Made by a program: the position numbers and the translations under genes. Shown in pieces: positions 9,256 to 18,000 of a stretch of 64,000 bases of DNA (its first letter is position 1; each line of letters begins with the position of its first letter). The notes below the pieces were generated by a model. The model ran no database searches. It was not told the origin of the DNA and worked only from the letters and a program-made list of their open reading frames with translations. Source of the DNA: Candidatus Daviesbacteria bacterium (GTDB lineage Bacteria > Patescibacteriota > Microgenomatia > Daviesbacterales > UBA10151); assembly GCA_016187035.1 (NCBI GenBank), contig JACPKL010000012.1:8925-72924 (forward strand), written 5' to 3'.

Positions 9256-10446
9256 TTACCTTAAGCGAGCCAGCGACTCGAAGGGTGGCACCCTTGCTCG
9301 CATAGACCTTTTGAAATAGGCCCTGGGCAGTTTAAAGCTAAAGACAGACCCTTCTCCTTTGATGCTTTTCACCCAAATTTCACCCTGGTGTCTTTGAATG
9401 ATCTCATGGCAAATATGAAGACCTAATCCCAAACCGGAAAAGCTTTTGCGGATGGTATTGTTGACCTGATAAAAAGGTTCAAAGATTTTTTTGAAGTTTT
9501 TTTGGGCAATACCAATACCAAAATCCTGGATGGCAACAGTAATAAAATTACGGCCTCCTGTTAAGCTGACTATGATTTTGTCTGCTTTTGGTGAATATTT
9601 AATGGCATTGGAAATTAAATTCGTGAGGACCTGGCTAAGTCTGTATTTATCAGCAAAAACAGGCGCTGCTATGGCTTTTTCAAGCACAATCTTGTGAAGA
9701 GGTGAGATGGCTTGCAAGTCCTCAATTTGTTCTAAAAGCAAATTTTGCAGGTCAAATTTTTCTTTTTGCAATTCTAATTTGCCGCTTTGAATACAGGAAA
9801 CATCCAGCAAAGAGGCCACCAGAGAGTTTAATCTGTCCAGCTGATTTTCCATTTTAGATAAATAGGAAACCAGCTCCCCTTTGTCGGGAAAACGACGCAG
9901 GAGTATTTGGGAAAAACTTTTCAAGGTGGTTAAGGGAGTTTTCAGCTCATGTGAGGCAATACTGATAAACTTATCCCGGGCTTTAATAGCCTGCTCAAGG
10001 TGATGATAGATTCTGGCATTGGTAACATCCAGGGCAATTCTCACAGCTAATTCTTCTGCGGTGGTCAAATCATGACGGCTAAATTGTCTGCTGCGAGAAG
10101 AATTAATCAGGGTAAGGGCGCCGATTGTTTCTCCTTTGGTAACAAGCGGAACAATGATCATTCTTGGAACAAACTTTGCCTGGCCTGTTTTTAAAACTCT
10201 GCTGACTTGAAAAAAATGGGATTTTGGCACAATTTTAACTTGTTTAGGATCTTTCGAAGCTGAGCTGGTCAGCTGGATATTCTTGTTCTCATCAATCAGA
10301 TCTATGGCGCAACAGTCTGCTAAGTTTAAGACAATAAACTGGCTGATCTTGTTTAAACTGGGAGCCAGCTCCAGTTGCGAGGATAAGATTTTACTGGCCT
10401 CAGAGATTAATCTTAGATAGTTTTGATCTTTGGCTGTATTTGTCAT
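9256..10446 (-). CDS. sensor histidine kinase with N-terminal GAF-like domain
   Basis: H-box SHELKTPLT, N-box LISNAIKY and G-boxes DFGIGI / GLGLGL. No TM segment, so it is a cytoplasmic sensor. Confidence 0.85.
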   Translation of the reverse strand: MTNTAKDQNYLRLISEASKILSSQLELAPSLNKISQFIVLNLADCCAIDLIDENKNIQLTSSASKDPKQVKIVPKSHFFQVSRVLKTGQAKFVPRMIIVPLVTKGETIGALTLINSSRSRQFSRHDLTTAEELAVRIALDVTNARIYHHLEQAIKARDKFISIASHELKTPLTTLKSFSQILLRRFPDKGELVSYLSKMENQLDRLNSLVASLLDVSCIQSGKLELQKEKFDLQNLLLEQIEDLQAISPLHKIVLEKAIAAPVFADKYRLSQVLTNLISNAIKYSPKADKIIVSLTGGRNFITVAIQDFGIGIAQKNFKKIFEPFYQVNNTIRKSFSGLGLGLHICHEIIQRHQGEIWVKSIKGEGSVFSFKLPRAYFKRSMRARVPPFESLARLR

Positions 10447-10567
10447 AAAGAGAAGTTAATTCTAGGTGAAAAAAGATTAATTAATTAAGGAAAAGGGTAA
10501 TAAAGAGGTAAGAAAATCAAGGAGAGGCAGAACAGTATGCTATGTGCTGGCTTGGATTCAGTTTCTG

Positions 10568-12883
10568 CTACTCATACCTTAGTGCATTCAAGGCAGATAT
10601 CTTGGTAGCTCTTTTGGCAGGATAAATACCAGTGCCAATTCCAACAAGCAGGGAAAGGAAGATTACTGCCAAAACAAAGGTAAAGGGAATATATGAGACA
10701 TCCACAAACCCTACTCCTTTAAAGATGGCAAAAACAGATAAAATCACGCCCAGCAGTTTCCCCATCAGAAAGCCTAAGATAATACCGATGATCCCTCCAA
10801 AGAATCCCATGATCATAGATTCTGTTAAAAACAATTCCTGGACTTCTGAGGATTTCATTCCCATGGCTTTCATTAGTCCCACCTCCCTGGTTCTCTCAAG
10901 GAGTGATACTGTTAAAGTATTAAACATGCCAAGCGCTGCTACAGCCAGGGCTACCATGCCAAGTAAAGCCAGTATTGTCCTTAGAGTATTAAACAAGGAG
11001 TTGATTTGAGCCACAGTATCAGCAACAGAGCGGGTAGCATAACCCATGGCCTCAATCTGGCGTCTAGTTTTGGCAAGTGAGCCCTGGTCTTTAACTACTA
11101 CCTTAACCTGGGAATAGTTAGTTACTCCTAATGATCTTAAATCAACAAATGGTACATAAAATACAGGAGTTTTTTCATCAGGGGTAACCCCTAAAATAGT
11201 GTAATCTTCTGCCTGGGATTCTACTTTTTGTTGACTGTCATCAGTTAATTCTCCCAGTATTACAAATGAGGCAGAGAACTTCTTGCCTATGGCCTCATTT
11301 TCTTTAATGCCTAAGATTTTAAGCAAGCTGCGGTTGACAATAGCCTGTTTTTTAGCAGCAGAGGATAAAGTAACTGTTTTGGCTTCAGGTGTTTTAATAA
11401 CCCCTGATTCTGAGGCAATCTCCACAAAATCTAAATTAGCAGAACCAGAGGCATCTGTTTGAGTGGAGGTGACACCCAATACTTTAGCAGAGTTTAGGCT
11501 AGATGGTTTGACAGTAGTATCTTTAAATACCAGGTTCATCCTGGCAATATATCCTTTTTTCTGGGTCTGGGAATTATCTGGTTCCCTTAAAACTTTATAC
11601 CTGCCTGCCTCACAATCTCCTTTTTCTTTGTCACAGCTTTCCTGTTTCCAAAGCAGCACATCTGCTTTAATCCAAATACCCAAAGGTTTGCCATCACTAT
11701 CTGCTCCCGCTTTGCCATCATTAGAATCAGATAAATATGTCCCTCCCCAGACTTTTTCTCCCTGGTATTTTCCTTCCACTCTTTTGGTATAGCCTAGGAT
11801 TTTAGCAGCAGCAGAGGGAGATTCTCTGACCCTGATCCATTCATTAGGGTTAATGCTAAACTCCACATCAGCAATTTTGTCACCTATATTGTTCGAAGCC
11901 GAAGGCTGAGAACTATCAGTGCTTACTCCCAATACCTGATCCTTTCTGTCTGGCACAACCATTGACAGTTCATTTGAGTCAAAGATCTTCCCCTCCACAG
12001 GTTTTATCGCAGATTGTTTTAAATAATCAGAAGTTACCCCGTAAACTGCCGTATCAGACACTGAAGATTGGTAGCTGATTCTGCCTACCACAGCAATTAA
12101 TGGTAAAGCCATGCCAACTTCGGGGATATCTTTTAAACTGTTTAAGGTTTTATCATTAATTTTTACCTTAGAGCCTGATTGGGGAGAAACATCAGTCTGC
12201 CTCATTTCATCAAGCCTGGCTACCCTGGTTATTACTAACTGCTGGAGCCCATAACCAATGGAAACCAAAAAGACTATTGCTCCAATACCAATGGCCATGC
12301 CTCCCACAGTTACCATGCTTCTGACCTTTTTAGTCTGCATATTCCTGATAGACAGCTCTATTAAATCCAGCCTGGAGATGGAATTTTGCTGAGTATTATT
12401 TAGAAAACTTACAGCTCTGGTATAAAACTTGGCCCAGGCAGGATGGAATTTTAAATTCAGCCTATCTGTCATTCCCGCGCGACGCTTCGAAGAAGCTAGT
12501 CCCCTTGTGGGGAAAGCGGGAATCCACCTCAACCTGCTTAATTTAAGGACTATCTGGGTATCTATTAGATAGAGACTTAACAGTAAGGCAAAGCTTAAAA
12601 AATGCCAGAAGGTATGTTTAAACAGTAACCAGGTTGCTTTAAGGGAGGCTCTGGTGAGTTTGTGGGTGATTAAGAACTTACCTGAACTGATAATCCAAAG
12701 AGCCAGTTTAACAAGCAGTTTACCAACCCCTTTTGTCATTCCGAGCCCTTCGACTTTGCTCAGGACAGGCTCCGTCGAGGAATCTCCAGATTGCCGCGTC
12801 GCTTCGCTCCTCGCAATGACAGCGGGTCTAGCTTGCCCAGCGACAGGGTTTAGTTTTCTAAAAAACCTTGATCTTTTAATCAT
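10568..12883 (-). CDS. FtsX/MacB-type ABC transporter permease with large extracytoplasmic domain; N-terminal ~137 aa doubtful
   Basis: MacB-type N-terminal helix IRNMQTKKVRSMVTVGGMAIGIGAIVF and C-terminal FtsX domain (RTREVGLMKAMGMK). The first 137 codons contain two translated repeat copies. An alternative start is ATG 12472..12470. Confidence 0.75.
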   Translation of the reverse strand: MIKRSRFFRKLNPVAGQARPAVIARSEATRQSGDSSTEPVLSKVEGLGMTKGVGKLLVKLALWIISSGKFLITHKLTRASLKATWLLFKHTFWHFLSFALLLSLYLIDTQIVLKLSRLRWIPAFPTRGLASSKRRAGMTDRLNLKFHPAWAKFYTRAVSFLNNTQQNSISRLDLIELSIRNMQTKKVRSMVTVGGMAIGIGAIVFLVSIGYGLQQLVITRVARLDEMRQTDVSPQSGSKVKINDKTLNSLKDIPEVGMALPLIAVVGRISYQSSVSDTAVYGVTSDYLKQSAIKPVEGKIFDSNELSMVVPDRKDQVLGVSTDSSQPSASNNIGDKIADVEFSINPNEWIRVRESPSAAAKILGYTKRVEGKYQGEKVWGGTYLSDSNDGKAGADSDGKPLGIWIKADVLLWKQESCDKEKGDCEAGRYKVLREPDNSQTQKKGYIARMNLVFKDTTVKPSSLNSAKVLGVTSTQTDASGSANLDFVEIASESGVIKTPEAKTVTLSSAAKKQAIVNRSLLKILGIKENEAIGKKFSASFVILGELTDDSQQKVESQAEDYTILGVTPDEKTPVFYVPFVDLRSLGVTNYSQVKVVVKDQGSLAKTRRQIEAMGYATRSVADTVAQINSLFNTLRTILALLGMVALAVAALGMFNTLTVSLLERTREVGLMKAMGMKSSEVQELFLTESMIMGFFGGIIGIILGFLMGKLLGVILSVFAIFKGVGFVDVSYIPFTFVLAVIFLSLLVGIGTGIYPAKRATKISALNALRYE
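12467..12526. repeat. MITE-like nested-palindrome repeat (GTCATTCC...GGAATCC family) inside the permease ORF
   Basis: tgtcattcccgcgcgacgcttcgaagaagctagtccccttgtggggaaagcgggaatcca is the reverse complement (about 90 percent identical by eye) of 22296..22350. Confidence 0.8.
12734..12822. repeat. MITE-like repeat (GTCATTCCGAG ... CTCGCAATGACA) inside the permease ORF
   Basis: The termini tgtcattcc / gcaatgacag and the internal gagattgccgcgtcgcttcgctcctcgcaatgac unit are shared with 14596..14634, 14942..14970 and 56782..56875. It is translated as VIARSEATRQSGDSSTEPVLSKVEGLGMT. Confidence 0.8.
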
Positions 12884-12901
12884 AATATATACTATCGGTT
12901 A

Positions 12902-12930
12902 TTGACAAATTAAACATTGTTTGTTAGTAT
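12902..12930 (+). promoter_or_regulatory. plus-strand TTGACA-17-TAGTAT promoter within a conserved 25-nt motif
   Basis: tatactatcggttattgacaaatta (12888..12912) recurs at 19706..19730 with a single T/C difference. Both copies have a 17-nt spacer to TAGTAT. Confidence 0.4.
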
Positions 12931-12968
12931 TTATTCATAAACTTGTAGGGATGGGTGCATGCACCGGT

Positions 12969-13598
12969 TCAGACAAGTTTTTTGTTTATGAACTTTCTTT
13001 TAGCTTCAACCCAATTTATCCTTTTCTCGCTAATAATTTGACCTGCAAGCATTTTATAGTACTTATCATTCTTCCCTGTTTCATTTGCCAAAACAGCTCC
13101 TGCTATCATATCTGCAACATTAACCCGTTTTACCTCTTTACTGTCAACATGATGGATAACTGGTAATTTTGGAAGCAGTTGCCTTAAGGATTTATCAAAT
13201 TGCAGAGTGTCATAATCCCTGGAAAAATGACGGTCAAAAATAATTTCCTTAATATCCTGATAAAAACTGAATACGTCGTTTAAAAGCAGCCAACAAAGCA
13301 GGGCAAAGTGTTCTGGCGTATCAGGTATTTTCCTGCCCATTTTTTCAACTTCTAAAATGAAGATTTCAAAATCCTCTTTGGTAATTTTTTCAAAGAATAA
13401 TTGTTTTGTTTTATCTCCGGCAGTATAAAATTTGAGTTCTCCTGTTTGCTTTCTGATATCTCCCTTTTTCTTGAGTGTTTTAAATAGCTGGTCTATAACT
13501 ACAGGAGTATTTGTCGAAACAGCAGCAATCACAATTACTTTATCTTTTACATCAGGCAGTGTGCCTGATTCATCAATAAAAATAGTAAATTTATCCAT
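12969..13598 (-). CDS. DUF3800 domain protein
   Basis: The N-terminus FTIFIDESGTLPD is characteristic of DUF3800. The gene sits between the ABC ATPase and permease genes. Confidence 0.65.
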   Translation of the reverse strand: MDKFTIFIDESGTLPDVKDKVIVIAAVSTNTPVVIDQLFKTLKKKGDIRKQTGELKFYTAGDKTKQLFFEKITKEDFEIFILEVEKMGRKIPDTPEHFALLCWLLLNDVFSFYQDIKEIIFDRHFSRDYDTLQFDKSLRQLLPKLPVIHHVDSKEVKRVNVADMIAGAVLANETGKNDKYYKMLAGQIISEKRINWVEAKRKFINKKLV

Positions 13599-13642
13599 AT
13601 CTTAATCTTAAATATCTCAAATTTATGATGTTAAATCAAAAC

Positions 13643-14587
13643 TCATCCCTTTACCCCTGCCCCTTTAGGCAAATGGTCTCCATCTCCTCTTTTAATATCT
13701 ATGGTTTTTAGTAATTTCTCTTTATCACGATTTCCAAACTTTTTAATAACAGTCCCGTCAAACATCTGTAAGGCTTCCTTGGCATATTTTAGGTATTCCA
13801 AATCATGGGTAACCATAATAATGGTTTTACCCTTTTCCTTTGTCATCCCCGACCCGATCGGGGATCCACTGTTATTTGTATGGATTCCCGCCTGCGCGGG
13901 AATGACAGAAGAAGGCGTAGGGCGGTTTAACCTGACCAGAAGTTCCATTAACTCCTGGCCGGACTCAAAGTCCAAGTTTCCTGTTGGCTCATCTGCAATA
14001 AGTACCTGGGGACTGGTAATTAAAGCCCGGGCTAGCGCAATTCTTTGCTGCTGGCCAGAGGATAATTCTGAGGTTTGGTAGTTAGCCCAGTTAGCCATGC
14101 CAATGCTTTGCAAAATCTGTCCTGCTTTTTGAATACCGGTTATTTTATCTTCTCCCAGTAAAGACAAAGGGAAAGCCACATTTTCAATCACAGTTAAAGC
14201 TTTAATCCAGTTTGGCTGCTGGTAAACCATGCCTACATGCTCTTTCCTAAATTGGGACCTGTCATCCTCACTTGTCATTCTGTCATCCTGGCTTGTCCAG
14301 GATCTGATTCTGGAGTCCTCCTCCACGTTTCGCTCTGAGTCGTCCCCAGAATGACGTGAGGTATGGTACAAGTCTTTATCTAAAAATACCACTGTGCCGG
14401 TAGTTGGTTCTTCCAGTCCTAAGATGGTATGAAGAAGGGTTGATTTGCCACAGCCTGATGGCCCAAAGATAATTAAGAAATCCCCCTGGTAAACCTCAAA
14501 AGAGATATCCTTTAATATCTCTACCTGCTGTACTCCCACAGTAAATGATTTAGATAAATTCTTAACTTGTATAACTGTGCTGCTCAT
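13643..14587 (-). CDS. ABC transporter ATP-binding protein (LolD/MacB-type) carrying two in-frame repeat insertions
   Basis: Walker A GPSGCGKST, signature LSSGQQQR, Walker B LIADEPT and H-loop VTHD are present. Two segments absent from the paralog at 52815..53480 coincide with repeat copies. Confidence 0.9.
   Translation of the reverse strand: MSSTVIQVKNLSKSFTVGVQQVEILKDISFEVYQGDFLIIFGPSGCGKSTLLHTILGLEEPTTGTVVFLDKDLYHTSRHSGDDSERNVEEDSRIRSWTSQDDRMTSEDDRSQFRKEHVGMVYQQPNWIKALTVIENVAFPLSLLGEDKITGIQKAGQILQSIGMANWANYQTSELSSGQQQRIALARALITSPQVLIADEPTGNLDFESGQELMELLVRLNRPTPSSVIPAQAGIHTNNSGSPIGSGMTKEKGKTIIMVTHDLEYLKYAKEALQMFDGTVIKKFGNRDKEKLLKTIDIKRGDGDHLPKGAGVKG
13841..13908. repeat. MITE-like double-hairpin repeat inside the ATPase ORF
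   Basis: tgtcatccccgacccgatcggggatcc ... ggattcccgcctgcgcgggaatgacag has the same two-hairpin layout as 24188..24257. It is translated as SVIPAQAGIHTNNSGSPIGSGMT. Confidence 0.85.
14259..14360. repeat. MITE-like repeat cluster (GTCATCC / GAATGAC units) inside the ATPase ORF
   Basis: ctgtcatcctcacttgtcattctgtcatcctggcttgtccaggatc ... ccccagaatgacgtgagg is translated as RHSGDDSERNVEEDSRIRSWTSQDDRMTSEDDRS. Confidence 0.75.
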
Positions 14588-14595
14588 ATGTCCTT

Positions 14596-14634
14596 TGTCA
14601 TTGCGAGGTCGCTCAAAGCGACCGTGGCAATCTC
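14596..14634. repeat. palindromic unit TGTCATTGCGAGG..GGCAATCTC abutting the 3' end of the GIY-YIG gene
   Basis: tgtcattgcgaggtcgctcaaagcgaccgtggcaatctc overlaps the GIY-YIG stop codon by 2 nt. The inverted partner lies at 14942..14970. Confidence 0.8.
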
Positions 14635-14929
14635 ATTTAATAATTTCTTCATACAAATCATTAAAACCAGGATTTATCTTTCTTACCAAATCAACTTTCT
14701 TTTTACGCGGGCCTGCTTTTATTTGTTTTTCTCTTGTTATGGCTTCGTTAATATCATTAAATATTTCATAATAAACAAGTTTAACTACGTTATACTTTGA
14801 GGTAAAACCAGATACCATCTTTTGTTTGTGTTCATACATACGTCTTATTAAATTATTTGTTACACCTGTATAGAGCACAGTGTTCATTTTATTTGTGGCA
14901 ATGTATACATAGTATTGTTTTGACTGCAT
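14633..14929 (-). CDS. GIY-YIG nuclease family protein (UPF0213/YhbQ-like)
   Basis: YYVYIATNKMNTVLYTGVTNNLIRRMYEHK contains the GIY-(x)-YTG and R..EH motifs of the GIY-YIG fold. Confidence 0.85.
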   Translation of the reverse strand: MQSKQYYVYIATNKMNTVLYTGVTNNLIRRMYEHKQKMVSGFTSKYNVVKLVYYEIFNDINEAITREKQIKAGPRKKKVDLVRKINPGFNDLYEEIIK

Positions 14930-14941
14930 AAAACAATTATA

Positions 14942-15060
14942 GAGATTGCTTCGCTATGCTCGCAATGACAGAAAAACTCTCCCCAGAATGACGAAACCCA
15001 TACCCGGAATGACCGGAACCCGAACGTCATCTTTACCAGAATGACGCTTTGCGTCATTTC
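14942..15060. repeat. cluster of palindromic units (GAGATTGC..GCAATGACA, then four GAATGAC half-sites)
   Basis: gagattgcttcgctatgctcgcaatgaca is followed by ccagaatgacg, cggaatgaccgg, acgtcat and ccagaatgacgctttgcgtcatttc. The last hairpin contains the stop codon of the 1546-aa gene. Confidence 0.75.
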
Positions 15061-18000
15061 CCTATTCCTCCCAAAAACCCAAAAGCTTCCTGTAAGTTGG
15101 TGATTACTAAATTTAAGGCATTCTCTGTAGCCTTTGGAGTAATAGTGACAGTATCAATGGAGTTACCTAGATTCCCTGCTTTATCTTTGGAAATTGCCCT
15201 AAGGTGATAAACTTTAGATGGGGTTAAATTAGAAATAATTACCAGATGGTTAAAGGTTAAATTACTATCTTCCTGGGTTTTTTGGGCATAACTTACTCCT
15301 GTCCCTTCCCCAAACTCTACTTGGGTGGTAGAGGGTTCATCACTATTCCAGGAAACAACCAGTTGGGCTGTTTGTTCCTGGGCAGTGCCTGAGACAGGTG
15401 GGATGTTTGATCCTTCAACATTAAGATCTGAGATGGCCGGTGGTCTGGTATCTGTGGCTGTGGTTAACCTTTGGGAATCAGAGCTTGCTTCATTGCCTAT
15501 CTTATCCCTGCCTTTAACTACCAATATATAATCTGTCTGGGGCAGTAAGCTTCTGACAATCATCTTATGTTCACCTTTGGTCAAGGCTACATTTACCTCA
15601 TCCCTGGCATCTTGTGGTTTTCCTTCTGGATAGTAAGTGACAATAGAGGAAACTTCTGTATTGGTAGTCCAGGAAACCAGGATGGTGGACTGGGCAGTAT
15701 TGGCCACCTGCTGGATCCTCACCCCTGATATTTTTGGCCTGGGAAGAGTGGTAAAGTCCAACACTGTCCCTTCATATTCAGAATTATCTGAATCAAAAGT
15801 ATTGATCTTGTAATAATACTTTGCTCCATCATCTAAACCTGTTAATTCTGCTGTATAAGTGGTCTCAGAGGTTGAGGTGGAGATTTCCTTGGATCCTCCA
15901 AATGAGGTAGTCTTGCCATAGTATATTTTAACTTTACTGGCATCTTTGGAAGTAAACTGGATTATTCCTGAAGTTAAACCGATGTTTTTGGCAGAAACAT
16001 CTTTAACAGTTGGTGCAGAAGAAGTAGCAAAGGATTTCTCATCAGATGTTCCGGTATTACCATCCTCATCAGTCCATTTAGCTTTGTAGTAATAGGTGGT
16101 ACCGGCTGTTAATCCTGTTAGCTGGATAGAATGGGAAGAGACCTGGTCAGAGTTGGATGGTTCAACACTTCCATAGCTTCCACTGGTTGTCCCATACTGG
16201 ATCTTGGAATCAGCACTCCTGGAAGTTGTCCAGGTGATAGTAGACTTTTTGGTAGTAATACTGCCTGCAGATGGCCCGGTAGAAAGTGTTGGAGCAGAAG
16301 TCCATTTGCCTGTTGGAGTAATGGATACAGCATTAGTACCTGAAGAATCAGCAGAGGCTCCGTCCCTGGTATATATTTTGTAGTAATATTTGGCAGATGA
16401 AGGGGTATTGTCTACATAAGACAAGCCTGTTGTGGTGCCTGTCAAAGAAAATGTGCTATTGTCTGTTGAGCGGTAAACTCTGTAGGTTAAATTCCCTGCT
16501 CCCTGGTAAGTTGGTGCTGTCCAGGTTAAAGTGGCATTCCAGGTAGAGGTGGATTTAATGGATGAATCAGAAGCCACTAAGTTGCCTACATTATCAGGGT
16601 CTGTAGAGTTTAAGGTAAAAGTGCCGGTAATGTAGTTGGAAGGTGAATAATTAGGGGTAGAGGCATTATCAACTGCTACCACATATACAGTATTACTGCC
16701 TTTGTTAACACTGGCTAAGGCAGCAGCAGAGACAGTCCTGGTAGTACCGTTATCAATATATGTGGAAGTGTTGCCGGTGATAGTGGCATAAGTAGAAGGC
16801 GGGGCAGTGTTAATCATATAGTAATAATGGGCAACTGTTTGGCCGGAAGTTGGTGTAGCTGCAGGCCAGCTCAAAGCGTAAGAGTTGGAGGTAGAAGTGC
16901 TTGGGGTTACAGTAACCGTATCTGTTCCTAGAAAGCTGGGAGCTGCCCCGCCGTAGGAGATATTACAGGTCCTGATAGTCCCGTCTGACGAAGTATTTCC
17001 GGCAATATCTGCTGTCCTAAAGTAGATGACATTAGTCCCTGAGACAATTGATGAGTTATCCTGGGCCACTGTTAAAGTCCTAGACGTTGCAGAGGTGGGC
17101 ATGTAAGTTAAGCCTGTGGCAGTATCAGTGGTAGTGCCTAACCATGTTCCACTTGTTGAGTTAATCTGGTACTGCCAGCCCAACAGATTAGAATTACTAT
17201 CAGAGGAGGCAGAGCTTCCTGAGGTTGGCCAGTTAAAGCTCATATCAACTACATTGGAAAAGTTACCAGAAGCACAGGAAATATATGTGGTATTGGTTGG
17301 GGCAGTATTGTCAAATTTAAACTGGAAAGAAGCAGAGGTGGCAAACAAATTGCCGGAGTTATCAATAGCTTTAATGTTTAAGTAGTAGGGGGAGCTTGAG
17401 GTAGACAGCCAGGTGGAACCACGATATGAGGTAGTAGCAAAATCAATGGAGGTTGAGGAGGTGATAAACTGGCAGGTGGTGCCTGATGTTGAGACAATGG
17501 TCGTACCCAGCAGTCCTTTAGACGTTGCCGGATCACCATCTGAATCTGCTCCTAAATACAAACAATACCCTTTTAACCCACTACCACCTGAATTATCTGC
17601 CCCGGCTGTCCAGGAAAAATATGGTGATGAATTATTAGTCCAGCCATTGGAAGCAACAGTTGTCCCTCCGTTTGACCTGGTCATGGCAATTGAGGAGGCA
17701 TTAGTCGCTGGTACTGTAGTATCTGTAGTTAAGCCAATACTGATATTAGGAAGTAAAGGAGTATCTGCTCCGCCAAAAGCTAAAATTGCCTTAACCGAGA
17801 TCTTTTGGGAAGTAATAGATAATGCCTGCATGGCTGCCTGGGTTAACTGGGCAGGAGTATTGGTATATGTAGAAGTAGCATCTGTAGCATTAGCCCAGGC
17901 ACCAGCAGTATAGTACTGCCACCTTGAACCTGTGGTATATGAACAAGAAGAACCATCATCCAAACATATCTGGTAAGTAATTGAGGCATTGCCCGAGTGG

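Noticed and set aside
8832-9305. 157-aa plus-strand ORF, together with 8374..8712 (+).
   Set aside because: These ORFs are antisense to the response regulator gene and the secreted-protein gene respectively, both of which have clear domain or signal features. Their composition is low-complexity.
14942-15060. A run of short GAATGAC-containing palindromes that superficially resembles a tiny CRISPR-like array.
   Set aside because: The units are irregular in length and spacing, there are no unique spacers of constant size, and no cas genes are present. They belong to the MITE-like repeat family.
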